Below, piece by piece: positions 33,052 to 42,088 of a stretch of DNA of 64,000 bases. The position numbers and the translations under genes are program-made. Position 1 is the stretch's first letter. Every line of letters starts with the position of its first letter. Below the pieces are notes generated by a model. The model had not been told where the DNA came from. It saw only the letters and a program-made list of their open reading frames with translations, and did not search any database. The stretch is taken from the NCBI RefSeq assembly GCF_010550695.1, contig NZ_JAAGOB010000012.1, forward strand, positions 13,844-77,843, given 5' to 3'. This stretch comes from Phytoactinopolyspora alkaliphila (GTDB lineage Bacteria; Actinomycetota; Actinomycetes; Jiangellales; Jiangellaceae).

Positions 33052-33684
33052 TCAGAGCCTGCCGCCGGGGTCGAGCTCGGCGGCGAACGGCGAGACCCAG
33101 AAGAACTCGCCGTCAGAGTCGTAGTCGAAGATCAGTGCGGTGCTTCCGGAGAGGAACTCGTCGTCGCCGGTCTGGCGTACGTGAATGATCGCTGTGGAGC
33201 CGTCGTCAGCGGTGACCTCCGCCTGGCCGGTCCCGTGCCCGAGGGGTGCGGTGCGGATGACACAGATCTTGCCGACGAAGTCGGAACGTGAGGATTCGCG
33301 GATCTGGGGGAGGGTGCGCCGGATGAACATCACGACGAGCGAGGTGATGACCCACGCGATCACCACCGCGAGCGCGACGGCGACGATGCCCAGCGCCACC
33401 GTGGCCGGCGTGGGAAGGTCCAGTTCGCCAAGCGCCACCGTGGCGCTGAGCGCTGCGAACCAGGCGATGGCGATGATCAATGACAACGACACGGTGACCG
33501 GCACTCCCCGCAGGCCCACCGCGGCCGCGAAGTCGGCTGCGCCGGCTTCGGCGGATTCGCCGTCGAGCATGTCGATTCCCAGCCCGCCCACAATAACGAG
33601 CACCCAGTACGCCACGACCACCAGCAGCATGAAGCTGAACACGACAGCGGGGAAGGTCAGGGCGTGGTCAATGAGGTCAGCCAT
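33052..33684 (-). CDS. NfeD-family membrane protein (short form, C-terminal OB-fold), YqiJ/NfeD2 type
   Basis: 210 aa with 3-4 N-terminal TM helices and a C-terminal beta domain (DFVGKICVIRTAPLGHGTGQAEVTADDGSTAIIHV). It sits directly upstream of the flotillin gene, the canonical NfeD-SPFH pairing. Confidence 0.8.
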   Translation of the reverse strand: MADLIDHALTFPAVVFSFMLLVVVAYWVLVIVGGLGIDMLDGESAEAGAADFAAAVGLRGVPVTVSLSLIIAIAWFAALSATVALGELDLPTPATVALGIVAVALAVVIAWVITSLVVMFIRRTLPQIRESSRSDFVGKICVIRTAPLGHGTGQAEVTADDGSTAIIHVRQTGDDEFLSGSTALIFDYDSDGEFFWVSPFAAELDPGGRL

Positions 33685-33788
33685 CGTCGAACGGGCCCCC
33701 CTTCCCGTGACTGCCGGACCGTGACTCGCCGGAGTATAGCGGTCGGCAACGTCACTGTCCTGCGGGCGTCCGCACTCCGGCGGAGACG

Positions 33789-34652
33789 TCAGGTCGGAGA
33801 GCGGTGGGCGCTGGATGACTCGTCGCTGGGAGACGGAGAACGCAGGACATCCGGAGCAGAGCCGGCCCGGTGACGTTCCCCGTCACCTGTCGCGTCACCG
33901 TCCGAATCGCCGCCTGCGCCGGTTTCCTGACGTCCTTTCGCCTCGGCTCGGATCAGCAGGACGAATCCGACGACACCGACGGTGGCGAAGATGAACCACT
34001 GAACGGCGTAGGACAGGTGCGGACCACTGTCGGCCTCCGGCGGCGGGATGGCGGTGAAGCCTTCCTGGACCGGAGGCGTCGCTTCGGCCCAAGCCGGGTA
34101 CACGGGATACGGCATCGCCTCGGCGATCTCGGCGACGTTGACCGCGCGGACCGTCCCCTGGCCGAGCGTGCCCCCGGCGTCCCGATGGTCCTCGGTGACC
34201 CGGAGGCGCACGACGACGTCGACCTCGCCGGACGGTGGGGGCGGCACATCCGGGTTGTCGTCGGCGGCCGGGACGAACCCGCGGTCGACGAGAAGTGCAG
34301 TGCCGTCAGCTGTGACCAGCGGAGTAACGACGTGCACGCCGCGTTGACCGCCAAGAGGCCGCAGCCGGAGAAACAGCTCGTTGCTGGGATCGTAGCGGCC
34401 TCTGACCTCGGTGCGTCGCCACTGATCGGCGGTGTCGAAGCTCTCACCCGGCGCGAGAATCGCGTCCAGCGGTACGGGTGGCGCGTCGGCGTTGGCCTCG
34501 ATCACGGCGTTGCGTTCGGAGCGCCCGTCGGCGCGGTCGAGCTGCCACATGCCGAGCCGGAGGCAGACCAGGACGAGCAAAATGCCGGCCACCGTACGGA
34601 CCAGCCACCGCCTGCTCGCGAGGAACCTGTACACAAATCGACCGTAGACCAT
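33789..34652 (-). CDS. SURF1-family protein (cytochrome oxidase biogenesis-like), paralog 1
   Basis: 287 aa. Has an N-terminal TM helix with WQLDR, and the C-terminal SURF1 signature LSYAVQWFIFATVGVVGFV. Confidence 0.8.
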   Translation of the reverse strand: MVYGRFVYRFLASRRWLVRTVAGILLVLVCLRLGMWQLDRADGRSERNAVIEANADAPPVPLDAILAPGESFDTADQWRRTEVRGRYDPSNELFLRLRPLGGQRGVHVVTPLVTADGTALLVDRGFVPAADDNPDVPPPPSGEVDVVVRLRVTEDHRDAGGTLGQGTVRAVNVAEIAEAMPYPVYPAWAEATPPVQEGFTAIPPPEADSGPHLSYAVQWFIFATVGVVGFVLLIRAEAKGRQETGAGGDSDGDATGDGERHRAGSAPDVLRSPSPSDESSSAHRSPT

Positions 34653-34664
34653 AGCCTGGAGAAC

Positions 34665-35654
34665 ATGCTTATCGACCGGTATGGGCGTACCGCCACAGAT
34701 TTACGAGTGTCGTTGACCGACCGATGCAACCTGCGGTGCACGTACTGCATGCCGGAAGAGGGACTGTCGTGGCTACCCAAGCCCGAGATGCTCACCGACG
34801 ACGAGGTCGTTCGCCTCGTTCGCGTCGGGGTCGAGCGGCTCGGCATCCGCGAGGTCCGGTTCACCGGTGGTGAGCCGCTGCTGCGCCGCGGACTGGTCGA
34901 CATCGTGGCGGCGTGCGCCGCCTTGACGCCCAGGCCGGAGCTGTCCCTGACCACCAATGCCGTCGGGCTCGCGCGTACGGCTGAAGCACTGGCGAATGCC
35001 GGCCTGGACCGGGTCAACGGGTCGCTGGACACCTTGCGTGCGGATCGGTTCGAAGTGCTGACGCACCGGCGTCGCCTCGACGACGTCCTGAAGGGCCTCG
35101 CGGCAGCCGACGCAGCCGGTTTGGCGCCGGTGAAGGTGAACGCCGTCCTCATGCGCGACGTGAACGACGACGAGGCACCGGACCTGCTGAGCTGGGCCCT
35201 GGATCACGGCTACGAGCTGCGCTTCATCGAGCAGATGCCGTTGGACGCGCAGCACGCCTGGAACCGTGCGGACATGGTGACCGCGGGGGACATCCTCGTG
35301 TCTCTGCAGGAGGCATTCGAGCTGACTCCCGCCCACCCGGAGGAGCGCGGGAGTGCGCCGGCGGAGACCTGGCTGGTCAACGGCGGTCCCGCGCGTGTCG
35401 GCATCATCGCCTCGGTGACCAGGCCCTTCTGCGGCACGTGTGACCGCACCCGGCTCACCGCGGATGGACAGATCCGCACCTGCCTGTTCGCGCGCGACGA
35501 GTCTGATCTGCGAGGCGCGATGCGCGCCGGCGCCAGCGACGAGGAGCTGGCCGAGCGCTGGCAGGTGGCGATGGCGGGCAAGGCGGCCGGACACGGCATC
35601 GACGATCCGGGATTCCTGCAGCCGTCCCGCCCGATGTCGGCGATCGGCGGCTGA
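34665..35654 (+). CDS. moaA: GTP 3',8-cyclase (molybdenum cofactor biosynthesis protein A)
   Basis: 329 aa with the radical-SAM motif CNLRCTYCMP and the C-terminal [4Fe-4S] Cys motif CGTCDRTRLTADGQIRTC. ATG at 34665; the longer ORF from 33870 is rejected. Confidence 0.93.
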   Translation: MLIDRYGRTATDLRVSLTDRCNLRCTYCMPEEGLSWLPKPEMLTDDEVVRLVRVGVERLGIREVRFTGGEPLLRRGLVDIVAACAALTPRPELSLTTNAVGLARTAEALANAGLDRVNGSLDTLRADRFEVLTHRRRLDDVLKGLAAADAAGLAPVKVNAVLMRDVNDDEAPDLLSWALDHGYELRFIEQMPLDAQHAWNRADMVTAGDILVSLQEAFELTPAHPEERGSAPAETWLVNGGPARVGIIASVTRPFCGTCDRTRLTADGQIRTCLFARDESDLRGAMRAGASDEELAERWQVAMAGKAAGHGIDDPGFLQPSRPMSAIGG

Positions 35655-35696
35655 GACACAGCTCGGCCGAGCCCCGAGAAAACGGCGAGAAAACGG

Positions 35697-35734
35697 CGGC
35701 GTCGGGCAGCCACGGGGGAAGCCGCCCGACGCCG
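35697..35734. terminator. GC-rich hairpin (11-bp stem) between convergent moaA and the DUF3099-like gene
   Basis: CGGCGTCGGGC (35697-35707) pairs with GCCCGACGCCG (35724-35734) and is followed by TCGTTA. It is preceded by the direct repeat GAGAAAACGGC x2. Confidence 0.5.
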
Positions 35735-35814
35735 TCGTTACGCAGCGCACCGACGGGGGAATGCGGAACGTGCGCCTGGGGAGTATTGCACGTCAGGTGA
35801 GCTCACCGGAAGAG

Positions 35815-36168
35815 CTAACTTCGGTGTTTTTGATCATTTGGCTCGGTGCTCTGGGTTCCCGCAGGTAGTTCACGCTGCGCCGGCGGGGGAACCGATTCAA
35901 GGACACCGGCGGCGGGACGGCTCGCCGCGTTGACGATGACCACGGCGATGTACGGCAGGATCACGGCCCCAGCGATGAACACCCAACGAAGCCAGCCGGA
36001 GGTGATGACGGCCAGTGGCAGGCACGCGAGCCGGACTCCCATCATCCACAGGTAGCGGGTCTGGCGTGATCGCAAGTCGTTGCTACGGCCTGCAGCGGCC
36101 GTGGTCACCGACTGCACCGGCTCGTCTCGCCGGCCGCCGGAGTGGTGAATCGGGTTCACACCTGACAC
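35815..36168 (-). CDS. Small membrane protein, DUF3099-like
   Basis: 117 aa with two TM helices. The RYLWMMGVRLACLPLAV segment resembles the conserved actinobacterial DUF3099 family. The match is by motif recollection only. Confidence 0.55.
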   Translation of the reverse strand: MSGVNPIHHSGGRRDEPVQSVTTAAAGRSNDLRSRQTRYLWMMGVRLACLPLAVITSGWLRWVFIAGAVILPYIAVVIVNAASRPAAGVLESVPPPAQRELPAGTQSTEPNDQKHRS

Positions 36169-36228
36169 GGTATGGGGAGAACCACCAGGAGACCAGCCAG
36201 GTCTGTATCACTCTACGAGGAGGATGCC

Positions 36229-36438
36229 ATGGACCGGACCTATCGAGTGACCGAGATAGTCGGCACATCGCCAGACGGCGTGGACCAAGCCATCCGGAAC
36301 GGTATCAGCCGTGCCGGCCAGACCTTGCGCCACCTCGACTGGTTCGAGGTGACCGAGATCCGCGGTCAGATCGTCGACGGAGACGTCGAACACGTGCAGG
36401 TAGGCATGAAGGTGGGCTTCCGGCTCGAGGATGCCTGA
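36229..36438 (+). CDS. Dodecin (flavin-binding) family protein
   Basis: ATG at 36229 preceded by GAGGAGGA. 69 aa, and the sequence MDRTYRVTEIVGTSPDGVDQAIRNGISRAGQTLRHLDWFEVTEIRGQIVDGDV matches the dodecin fold signature. Confidence 0.8.
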   Translation: MDRTYRVTEIVGTSPDGVDQAIRNGISRAGQTLRHLDWFEVTEIRGQIVDGDVEHVQVGMKVGFRLEDA

Positions 36439-36485
36439 CGTGCGGTAGCGTCGGCGGGTCGAGAACGTGAGAGGAGACCCCCAAC

Positions 36486-37190
36486 GTGAGTCGGTCAGTT
36501 CTGGTCACCGGTGGCAACCGTGGAATCGGGCTCGCCATCGCCCGCGCCTTCGCGGAGGCCGGCGATGCCGTGACCATCACGCACCGGTCGGGCGAACCCC
36601 CCGAGGGACTGTCCGGGGTGCTGTGCGACGTCACAGACGCCGCGTCGGTCGAGGCCGCGTTCGAGAAGGTCGAGGCGGAACAGGGCCCTGTCGAGGTGCT
36701 GGTCGCCAACGCCGGGATCACCCGCGACACGTTGATGTTGCGAATGAGTGAGGACGACTTCACCGACGTGGTCGACACGAACCTGTCCGGTGCGTTCCGA
36801 GTCGCCAAGCGGGCGTCCAAGGGCATGCTTCGTGCCAGGAAGGGCCGTATCGTATTCATCTCCAGCGTCGTCGGGCTCCTCGGTTCCGCCGGCCAGGTGA
36901 ACTACGCCGCCAGCAAGGCCGGCATGGTCGGCATGGCCAGGTCCATCGCGCGGGAGCTCGGAAGCCGTTCCATCACGGCGAACGTCGTGGCGCCCGGGTT
37001 CGTCGAGTCGGACATGACCGCGTCGCTGTCCGAGGACCGGAAGGACGAGATACTCAAGGGCATACCGCTGGGCCGTTATGCGTCGGCGGAGGAAGTCGCT
37101 CGGGTCGTGCGATGGCTGGCCAGCGACGAAGCGGCATACATCACCGGTGCGGTTGTTCCGGTGGACGGCGGACTTGGAATGGGGCACTGA
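36486..37190 (+). CDS. fabG: 3-oxoacyl-[ACP] reductase (FabG1/MabA-like)
   Basis: 234 aa SDR with the cofactor motif TGGNRGIG and catalytic YAASKAG. It is followed 5 nt later by the enoyl-ACP reductase gene, the mabA-inhA arrangement. Confidence 0.9.
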   Translation: MSRSVLVTGGNRGIGLAIARAFAEAGDAVTITHRSGEPPEGLSGVLCDVTDAASVEAAFEKVEAEQGPVEVLVANAGITRDTLMLRMSEDDFTDVVDTNLSGAFRVAKRASKGMLRARKGRIVFISSVVGLLGSAGQVNYAASKAGMVGMARSIARELGSRSITANVVAPGFVESDMTASLSEDRKDEILKGIPLGRYASAEEVARVVRWLASDEAAYITGAVVPVDGGLGMGH

Positions 37191-37195
37191 ACAGC

Positions 37196-37960
37196 ATGGG
37201 AATCCTTGACGGCAAGCGGATACTGGTCACCGGCGTGCTGACCGAGTCGTCGTTCGCCTTCCACGTGGCCAAGCTCGCTCAGCAGCAGGGCGCCACTGTG
37301 GTAATCAGTGGGTTCGGGCGCATGAGCCTGGTGGAGCGGATCGCAAGCCGGCTGCCCGAGCCGGCAGGAGTGCTTGAGGTCGACGTCCAGAACGACGAGC
37401 ACCTCGACTCGCTCGCTGACCGGCTGCGCGAGCACGTCGACGGGCTGGACGGCGTCGTCCACTCCATCGCCTTCGCCCCGCAGGCCGCACTGGGCGGTTC
37501 GTTCCTCGACGCCGAGTTCGCCGACGTGTCCACGGCGGTACACGTGTCCGCGTACTCCCTCAAGTCGCTCACCATGGCCGCGCTGCCCCTGATGCCGGAC
37601 GGCGGATCGGTGGTCGGTATGGACTTCGACGCCCAGGTGGCCTGGCCCGGCTATGACTGGATGGGCGTCGCCAAGGCGGGCCTCGAGGCGACGTCGCGCT
37701 ACCTTGCGAAGTATCTCGGTGAGCGCAACGTCCGTGTGAATCTGATCTCGGCAGGTCCGGTCAAGACCATGGCGGCGCGCTCCATTCCCGGGTTCGACCA
37801 GTTCGAGGGCGTGTGGGACAAGCGGGCACCGCTCGGCTGGGACCTCAGTGATCCCGAACCGGCCGCGCGCGGCGTCGTCGCGCTGCTGTCCGACTGGTTC
37901 CCCAAGACCACAGGCGAAGTCATCCACGTCGACGGCGGTGTGCACGCTGTCGGCGCCTAG
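37196..37960 (+). CDS. inhA: NADH-dependent enoyl-[ACP] reductase (InhA/FabI family)
   Basis: ATG at 37196. 254 aa with the N-terminal MGILDGKRILVTGVLTESSFAFHVAKLAQQQGA, characteristic of InhA-type FabI. Confidence 0.9.
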   Translation: MGILDGKRILVTGVLTESSFAFHVAKLAQQQGATVVISGFGRMSLVERIASRLPEPAGVLEVDVQNDEHLDSLADRLREHVDGLDGVVHSIAFAPQAALGGSFLDAEFADVSTAVHVSAYSLKSLTMAALPLMPDGGSVVGMDFDAQVAWPGYDWMGVAKAGLEATSRYLAKYLGERNVRVNLISAGPVKTMAARSIPGFDQFEGVWDKRAPLGWDLSDPEPAARGVVALLSDWFPKTTGEVIHVDGGVHAVGA

Positions 37961-38199
37961 CCTGCGTTGTTGGTCACCTGATCGTCGTTTCGTCGCCTGA
38001 TCGTCAGCGCCGAGAGGATCAGGTGACCGTACCCGGTCCTGAGCCGGGGGATACGCCACCTGATGAGATCTCAGTATGTGGACGTCGGGCGATCAGATGA
38101 CACACACGTGCCCTGAAGCCTGCGGATGTCGTCTGATCGTTTCCGCCCCGTGTGTTTCCAACTCGTGGGCGTCGACCCAATGTGCATCGACGCGTCGGC

Positions 38200-39285
38200 T
38201 CAGCTGGCACGGGCCGTGGCGAGCGTGATCAGCGTCCGGAGCGCCTGACGGCCGTCGTCAGTGACATTCATGCTGGTGACGGCGCCTTCTGCCTGCCCGA
38301 CGAGTTCGTCGATGCGGCGCTCGACCCGGGCCCGGGCACCGGTCTCGACCATGATCTGGCGGAGGCGGTCCACGCCGGAGGCGTCCAGGTCGGCGTCGCC
38401 GAGCAGATCCGCGACGACGGCGGACTGCGCGCGGTCCGCGGTGCTGAGCGCATACGCGACGAGGAGCGTGCGCTTGCCTTCGCGCAGGTCGTCGCCGGCA
38501 GGCTTGCCAGTCAGGTCGGGATCGCCGAACACGCCGAGAATGTCGTCTCGGAGCTGGAAGGCTTCGCCCAGCGCTGCGCCGTAGCCGGAATAGGCGGCGA
38601 TCAGGTGGTGGCCGGCACCGGCGATGTGCCCGCCCAGCACGAGCGGGTGCTGAACGGAGTAGCGGGCGGACTTGTGAAGCACCACGCGGCCGGCGCGGAC
38701 GATCTGCTCCGATGGCGGGATCTCGGTGTCTGCCTGCGCGAGCATGTCGAGGTACTGACCGGCACCCACCTCGGTTCGCATCCGCTCGTAGACGGGCCGG
38801 GCCCGGTGCAGCGCGGCGTCGTCCAAGCCCGCCTGGCTCAGCAGCTCGTCGCTCCAGCCGAGCAGAAGGTCGCCCAGAAGAATGGCCGCGGCCGCACCGA
38901 ACGCGTCGGGCTCGCCCTTCCAGCCTGACTTCTGGTGGCGCGTGGCGAACGAGCGGTGCACCGCCGGACGGCCGCGACGGGTATCCGAGCCGTCGATGAG
39001 ATCGTCATGGACGAGCGCCGCCGCCTGGAACAGCTCGAGCGACGCGGCCGCTGTGAGGAGGGCCGTGTGGTCAGCCACACCCTCGGCGGCGTGGCAACCC
39101 CAGTAGCAGAACGCGGGCCGGAGCCGTTTGCCACCGCTCAGGAACTCCGCCGCCGCATCCAGCAATGGGAGCAGTTCTGTGCTGATCGGCTCAAGTAGGC
39201 ATCGCTGCTGCTCCAGAAAGCGGTCGAGGATGCCTTGAAGCGGCTGATGGAGCGGGTAGACCGGGTCTTCCGGGGACGGCATCAC
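38200..39285 (-). CDS. Polyprenyl diphosphate synthase (trans-isoprenyl diphosphate synthase family)
   Basis: 361 aa with the first DDxxD motif LVHDDLIDGSDTRRGRP and the second LRDDILGVFGDP. Confidence 0.9.
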   Translation of the reverse strand: MMPSPEDPVYPLHQPLQGILDRFLEQQRCLLEPISTELLPLLDAAAEFLSGGKRLRPAFCYWGCHAAEGVADHTALLTAAASLELFQAAALVHDDLIDGSDTRRGRPAVHRSFATRHQKSGWKGEPDAFGAAAAILLGDLLLGWSDELLSQAGLDDAALHRARPVYERMRTEVGAGQYLDMLAQADTEIPPSEQIVRAGRVVLHKSARYSVQHPLVLGGHIAGAGHHLIAAYSGYGAALGEAFQLRDDILGVFGDPDLTGKPAGDDLREGKRTLLVAYALSTADRAQSAVVADLLGDADLDASGVDRLRQIMVETGARARVERRIDELVGQAEGAVTSMNVTDDGRQALRTLITLATARAS

Positions 39286-39340
39286 GCCCGCTAGGCTACC
39301 CCGGGCACGCGGATGCGCAGGTCTTAGAGCCTGAGATGCC

Positions 39341-40303
39341 GTGTTCGGATCATGGATGGTCCGCTATCGTGACGATATGTCTCAAGGATTGCCGACGACC
39401 ACACAAGGACGCCCGACGACCATCCGAGAGCTGCTGGCCGCAGGAGAGCGGTCCTACTCTTTCGAGTTCTTCGCGCCGAAGACGGACGCCGCTGAGGTGC
39501 TGTTCTGGCGGACTATCCGGGAGCTGGAGCGGCTACAGCCGACCTTCGTCTCGGTGACGTACGGCGCGGGTGGGACCACCCGCGAGTCGACCGTCAGAGT
39601 AACGGGGCAGCTTGCCCTCGACACCACGTTGACCGCGATGGGCCACTTGACGGCCGTCAACCACTCCGTAGCGGAGCTGCGGCACGTCATCGGCCAGTAC
39701 GCGGATGCCGGAATCTGTAACATCCTTGCGCTGCGCGGTGACCCTCCAGGAAACCCGCTCGGCGAGTGGGAGGCGCACCCTGAGGGGTTCACGTTCACCG
39801 AGGAGCTGGTGCGTCTGGTGAAGTCTGTAGGCGACTTCTGTGTCGGCGTGGCCGCGTTCCCGGAGAAGCACCCGCGTTCGCCTGACCAAGCCGCCGACGT
39901 CCGGTTCCTGGTGGACAAGTTCCGCGCGGGAGCGGACTTCGCCATCACACAGATGTTCTTCGATGTCGACGACTACCTGCGGCTTCGTGACCGCGTCGAC
40001 GCCGCCGGTGGAACGAAACCGATCATTCCCGGCATCATGCCGGTCACCAACGTGAAGCAGATCGAGCGATTCGCCGAGCTGTCTGGCGCGAGGTTCCCGG
40101 ATGCGCTCGCCGAGCGACTGCGTGCCGTCGAGGACGACAAGGATGCTGTGCGGGCCATCGGTGTGGAGGTCGCCACCGAGATGTGCGAGCGGCTGATCGC
40201 CGAAGACGCTCCGGGCTTGCATTTCATCACGTTGAACCGCTCCACCGCCACCCGTGAGATCTACCAGAACCTCGGCCTGGGCGCCACCCTCACCCCCGCC
40301 TGA
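39341..40303 (+). CDS. metF: Methylenetetrahydrofolate reductase
   Basis: 320 aa MTHFR-family protein with [10 protein letters not shown] and [10 protein letters not shown] motifs. The start may be the downstream Met at about 39377. Confidence 0.88.
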   Translation: MFGSWMVRYRDDMSQGLPTTTQGRPTTIRELLAAGERSYSFEFFAPKTDAAEVLFWRTIRELERLQPTFVSVTYGAGGTTRESTVRVTGQLALDTTLTAMGHLTAVNHSVAELRHVIGQYADAGICNILALRGDPPGNPLGEWEAHPEGFTFTEELVRLVKSVGDFCVGVAAFPEKHPRSPDQAADVRFLVDKFRAGADFAITQMFFDVDDYLRLRDRVDAAGGTKPIIPGIMPVTNVKQIERFAELSGARFPDALAERLRAVEDDKDAVRAIGVEVATEMCERLIAEDAPGLHFITLNRSTATREIYQNLGLGATLTPA

Positions 40304-40349
40304 TCTCCTCATGAAGACGCGCCGCCGCGGCCGGTAAGGTTGCGAGCTC

Positions 40350-40566
40350 GGGAGGGCTGGCGGGTAGGTTCTGCCGGCACTTTAAGAGCTCGTCGGACCC
40401 GCGAAGCACATCGCACGCCCACGTCCGTGGGCCCAAGTACGTCGCCCGACGGCGGCAGAGGCAGAGAAGGGGTCGGGGAAGGTTCTGCGGGCACGCTAAG
40501 AGCACGCTGTGGGCATGCTTCACCGCCCACTGCGTGCGACGCCCGAAGAACCCTCCCCGACCCCTT
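40350..40566. repeat. Two related, roughly 100-nt imperfect palindromic elements (A and B) in the metF/crtI-like convergent intergenic region
   Basis: Both contain GGTTCTGCNGGCAC..TAAGAGC (40367-40389 and 40481-40503). Element B is closed by a 17-bp outer stem GGGGTCGGGGAAGGTTC (40469-40485) pairing with GAACCCTCCCCGACCCC (40547-40563), and has an inner stem CACGCTGTGGGC/GCCCACTGCGTG. Element A contains the hairpin GCCCACGTCCGTGGGC (40417-40432). Confidence 0.6.
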
Positions 40567-40582
40567 CACAACGAAGCGACCC

Positions 40583-41989
40583 CTAGGCGCGGCCGACGAG
40601 GTCCGCGACGAGCGCGGCGGAGATCGCCGCCATGGGCAGGCCGGGTCCTGGATGCGCACTGGCACCGGCGAAGAAGAGCCCGTGGACGGGCGACCGGTTG
40701 GTCAGGCGTCGGCGGATGGAGCTCCCGCCGTGCCATGGCGTGCCGTACACCCGGCCGCCGGGAGCGCCGACTTCCTGCTCGAGATCGTACGGAGTGCGCA
40801 GTCGGGTGCTTTTTATGTGCTCGTTGAGGTCCACACCGCGGGCGGCGGCCAGGCCGAGGAGCTGCTGAGCGTGTGTCTCGGCCGTGCCGCGCTCGGTCCA
40901 GTCCGTCAGCTTGGCGCCGGGATCGTGGGCGGAGCAGTCGGCGTGCAACGCGATGGCCCCGGAATCCCCTGGTGCTTTGTCGCCCCGGTGCGCCAGCGTG
41001 ACGTTGGGTCCGTCCTCGGTGAGCAGGACGCTTCTGGGTGGCAGCGCGGGCTGCGAGCGTAGGGAGAGCAGCACGGTGAACACGGAACGCCCCTCCGTGG
41101 GCGCCGTGGTCCAGCGCCGCGCCCTCAGTTCGTCCAGCTCGAGATGACCAGGCGGAACTGTCGAGACGACGACGTCGGCCTTCAGCACTTCGCCGTCGTC
41201 GAGGACGACGCCCTTGACGGATCTGCTTCCCGATTCGATCCGGGTGGCCGAGGCACCCAGCCGGAGCACGCCGCCGCGGTCGGTGATCCGCTGGACAAGC
41301 GCCTTCACGAGGGTGTGCAGGCCTCCCCGAACCGTCCACGTGCCGAAGGTCTGTTCGAGGTATGCGAGGACGGCCAGCGCCGCGGGGGTACGTTCCGGGC
41401 TGCCGCCCAACGAGGTGGCGTAGGAATCCAGCACCAGCCGTAGCCGGGGGTCTTCGAGGTGGCGTGCGCCGAAATCGCGCAGGCTGCTGCCGCGGTGCAG
41501 GACCTTACGCGCTTGCGGGTTGAGCGCGAGCCAGATCAGGTCGCGGGCCGATGGGCTGCGGTCGAGCAGCCGCGGGCGGATCAGCTGCCACATGGCCTCG
41601 GCATCCCGGATCAGCTGATCCCATTGACGCCCGGCGCCGGGGCCGAACGCGCCGTCGATCACGGCGGTGGTGGCCGCCCTGCTCGCATTCGGCAGATCCA
41701 GGCACTCCCCGTCAGGGAACACGTATCGAACGGCCGGGTCGACCGGAACGAGTTCGACCTCGCGTTCGAGTGGCCGGCCAGTCTTGCGGAACAGGTCCCG
41801 GAACACGGCCGGGAGGGTCAGCGTGGTGGGACCGGTATCGACTGATACGCCGTCGATGACTTCGGTGCCGATCTGTCCGCCCGGCTCGGTGTTACGTTCC
41901 AGAACCGTGACTATGTGTCCGAAATCGGACAGCCGAGCGGCGACCGACAGGCCCGCGATCCCAGCTCCGACGACAACTACTCGTGCCAC
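40583..41989 (-). CDS. Phytoene-desaturase-family FAD/NAD(P)-dependent oxidoreductase (CrtI-like)
   Basis: The GTG start region encodes the dinucleotide-binding motif VARVVVVGAGIAGLSVAARL. 468 aa. The 212-aa N-terminal extension in the ORF track is rejected. The start coordinate is accurate to +/-1 nt. Confidence 0.8.
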   Translation of the reverse strand: MARVVVVGAGIAGLSVAARLSDFGHIVTVLERNTEPGGQIGTEVIDGVSVDTGPTTLTLPAVFRDLFRKTGRPLEREVELVPVDPAVRYVFPDGECLDLPNASRAATTAVIDGAFGPGAGRQWDQLIRDAEAMWQLIRPRLLDRSPSARDLIWLALNPQARKVLHRGSSLRDFGARHLEDPRLRLVLDSYATSLGGSPERTPAALAVLAYLEQTFGTWTVRGGLHTLVKALVQRITDRGGVLRLGASATRIESGSRSVKGVVLDDGEVLKADVVVSTVPPGHLELDELRARRWTTAPTEGRSVFTVLLSLRSQPALPPRSVLLTEDGPNVTLAHRGDKAPGDSGAIALHADCSAHDPGAKLTDWTERGTAETHAQQLLGLAAARGVDLNEHIKSTRLRTPYDLEQEVGAPGGRVYGTPWHGGSSIRRRLTNRSPVHGLFFAGASAHPGPGLPMAAISAALVADLVGRA

Positions 41990-42088
41990 GGTGGGTGAGC
42001 ATAGACCAGTCTTGACGGTCTGTCGGTGCGGGGTGCTACCTTGAAGAGCAGTCGAACAGTCGTTCGATACTGGTCTGGGAGGGATCCA

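Noticed and set aside
33870-34664. Upstream 265 codons of the 594-aa plus-strand ORF ending at 35654
   Set aside because: This stretch is antisense to the SURF1 gene. The MoaA homology (radical-SAM CxxxCxxC) begins at the ATG at 34665.
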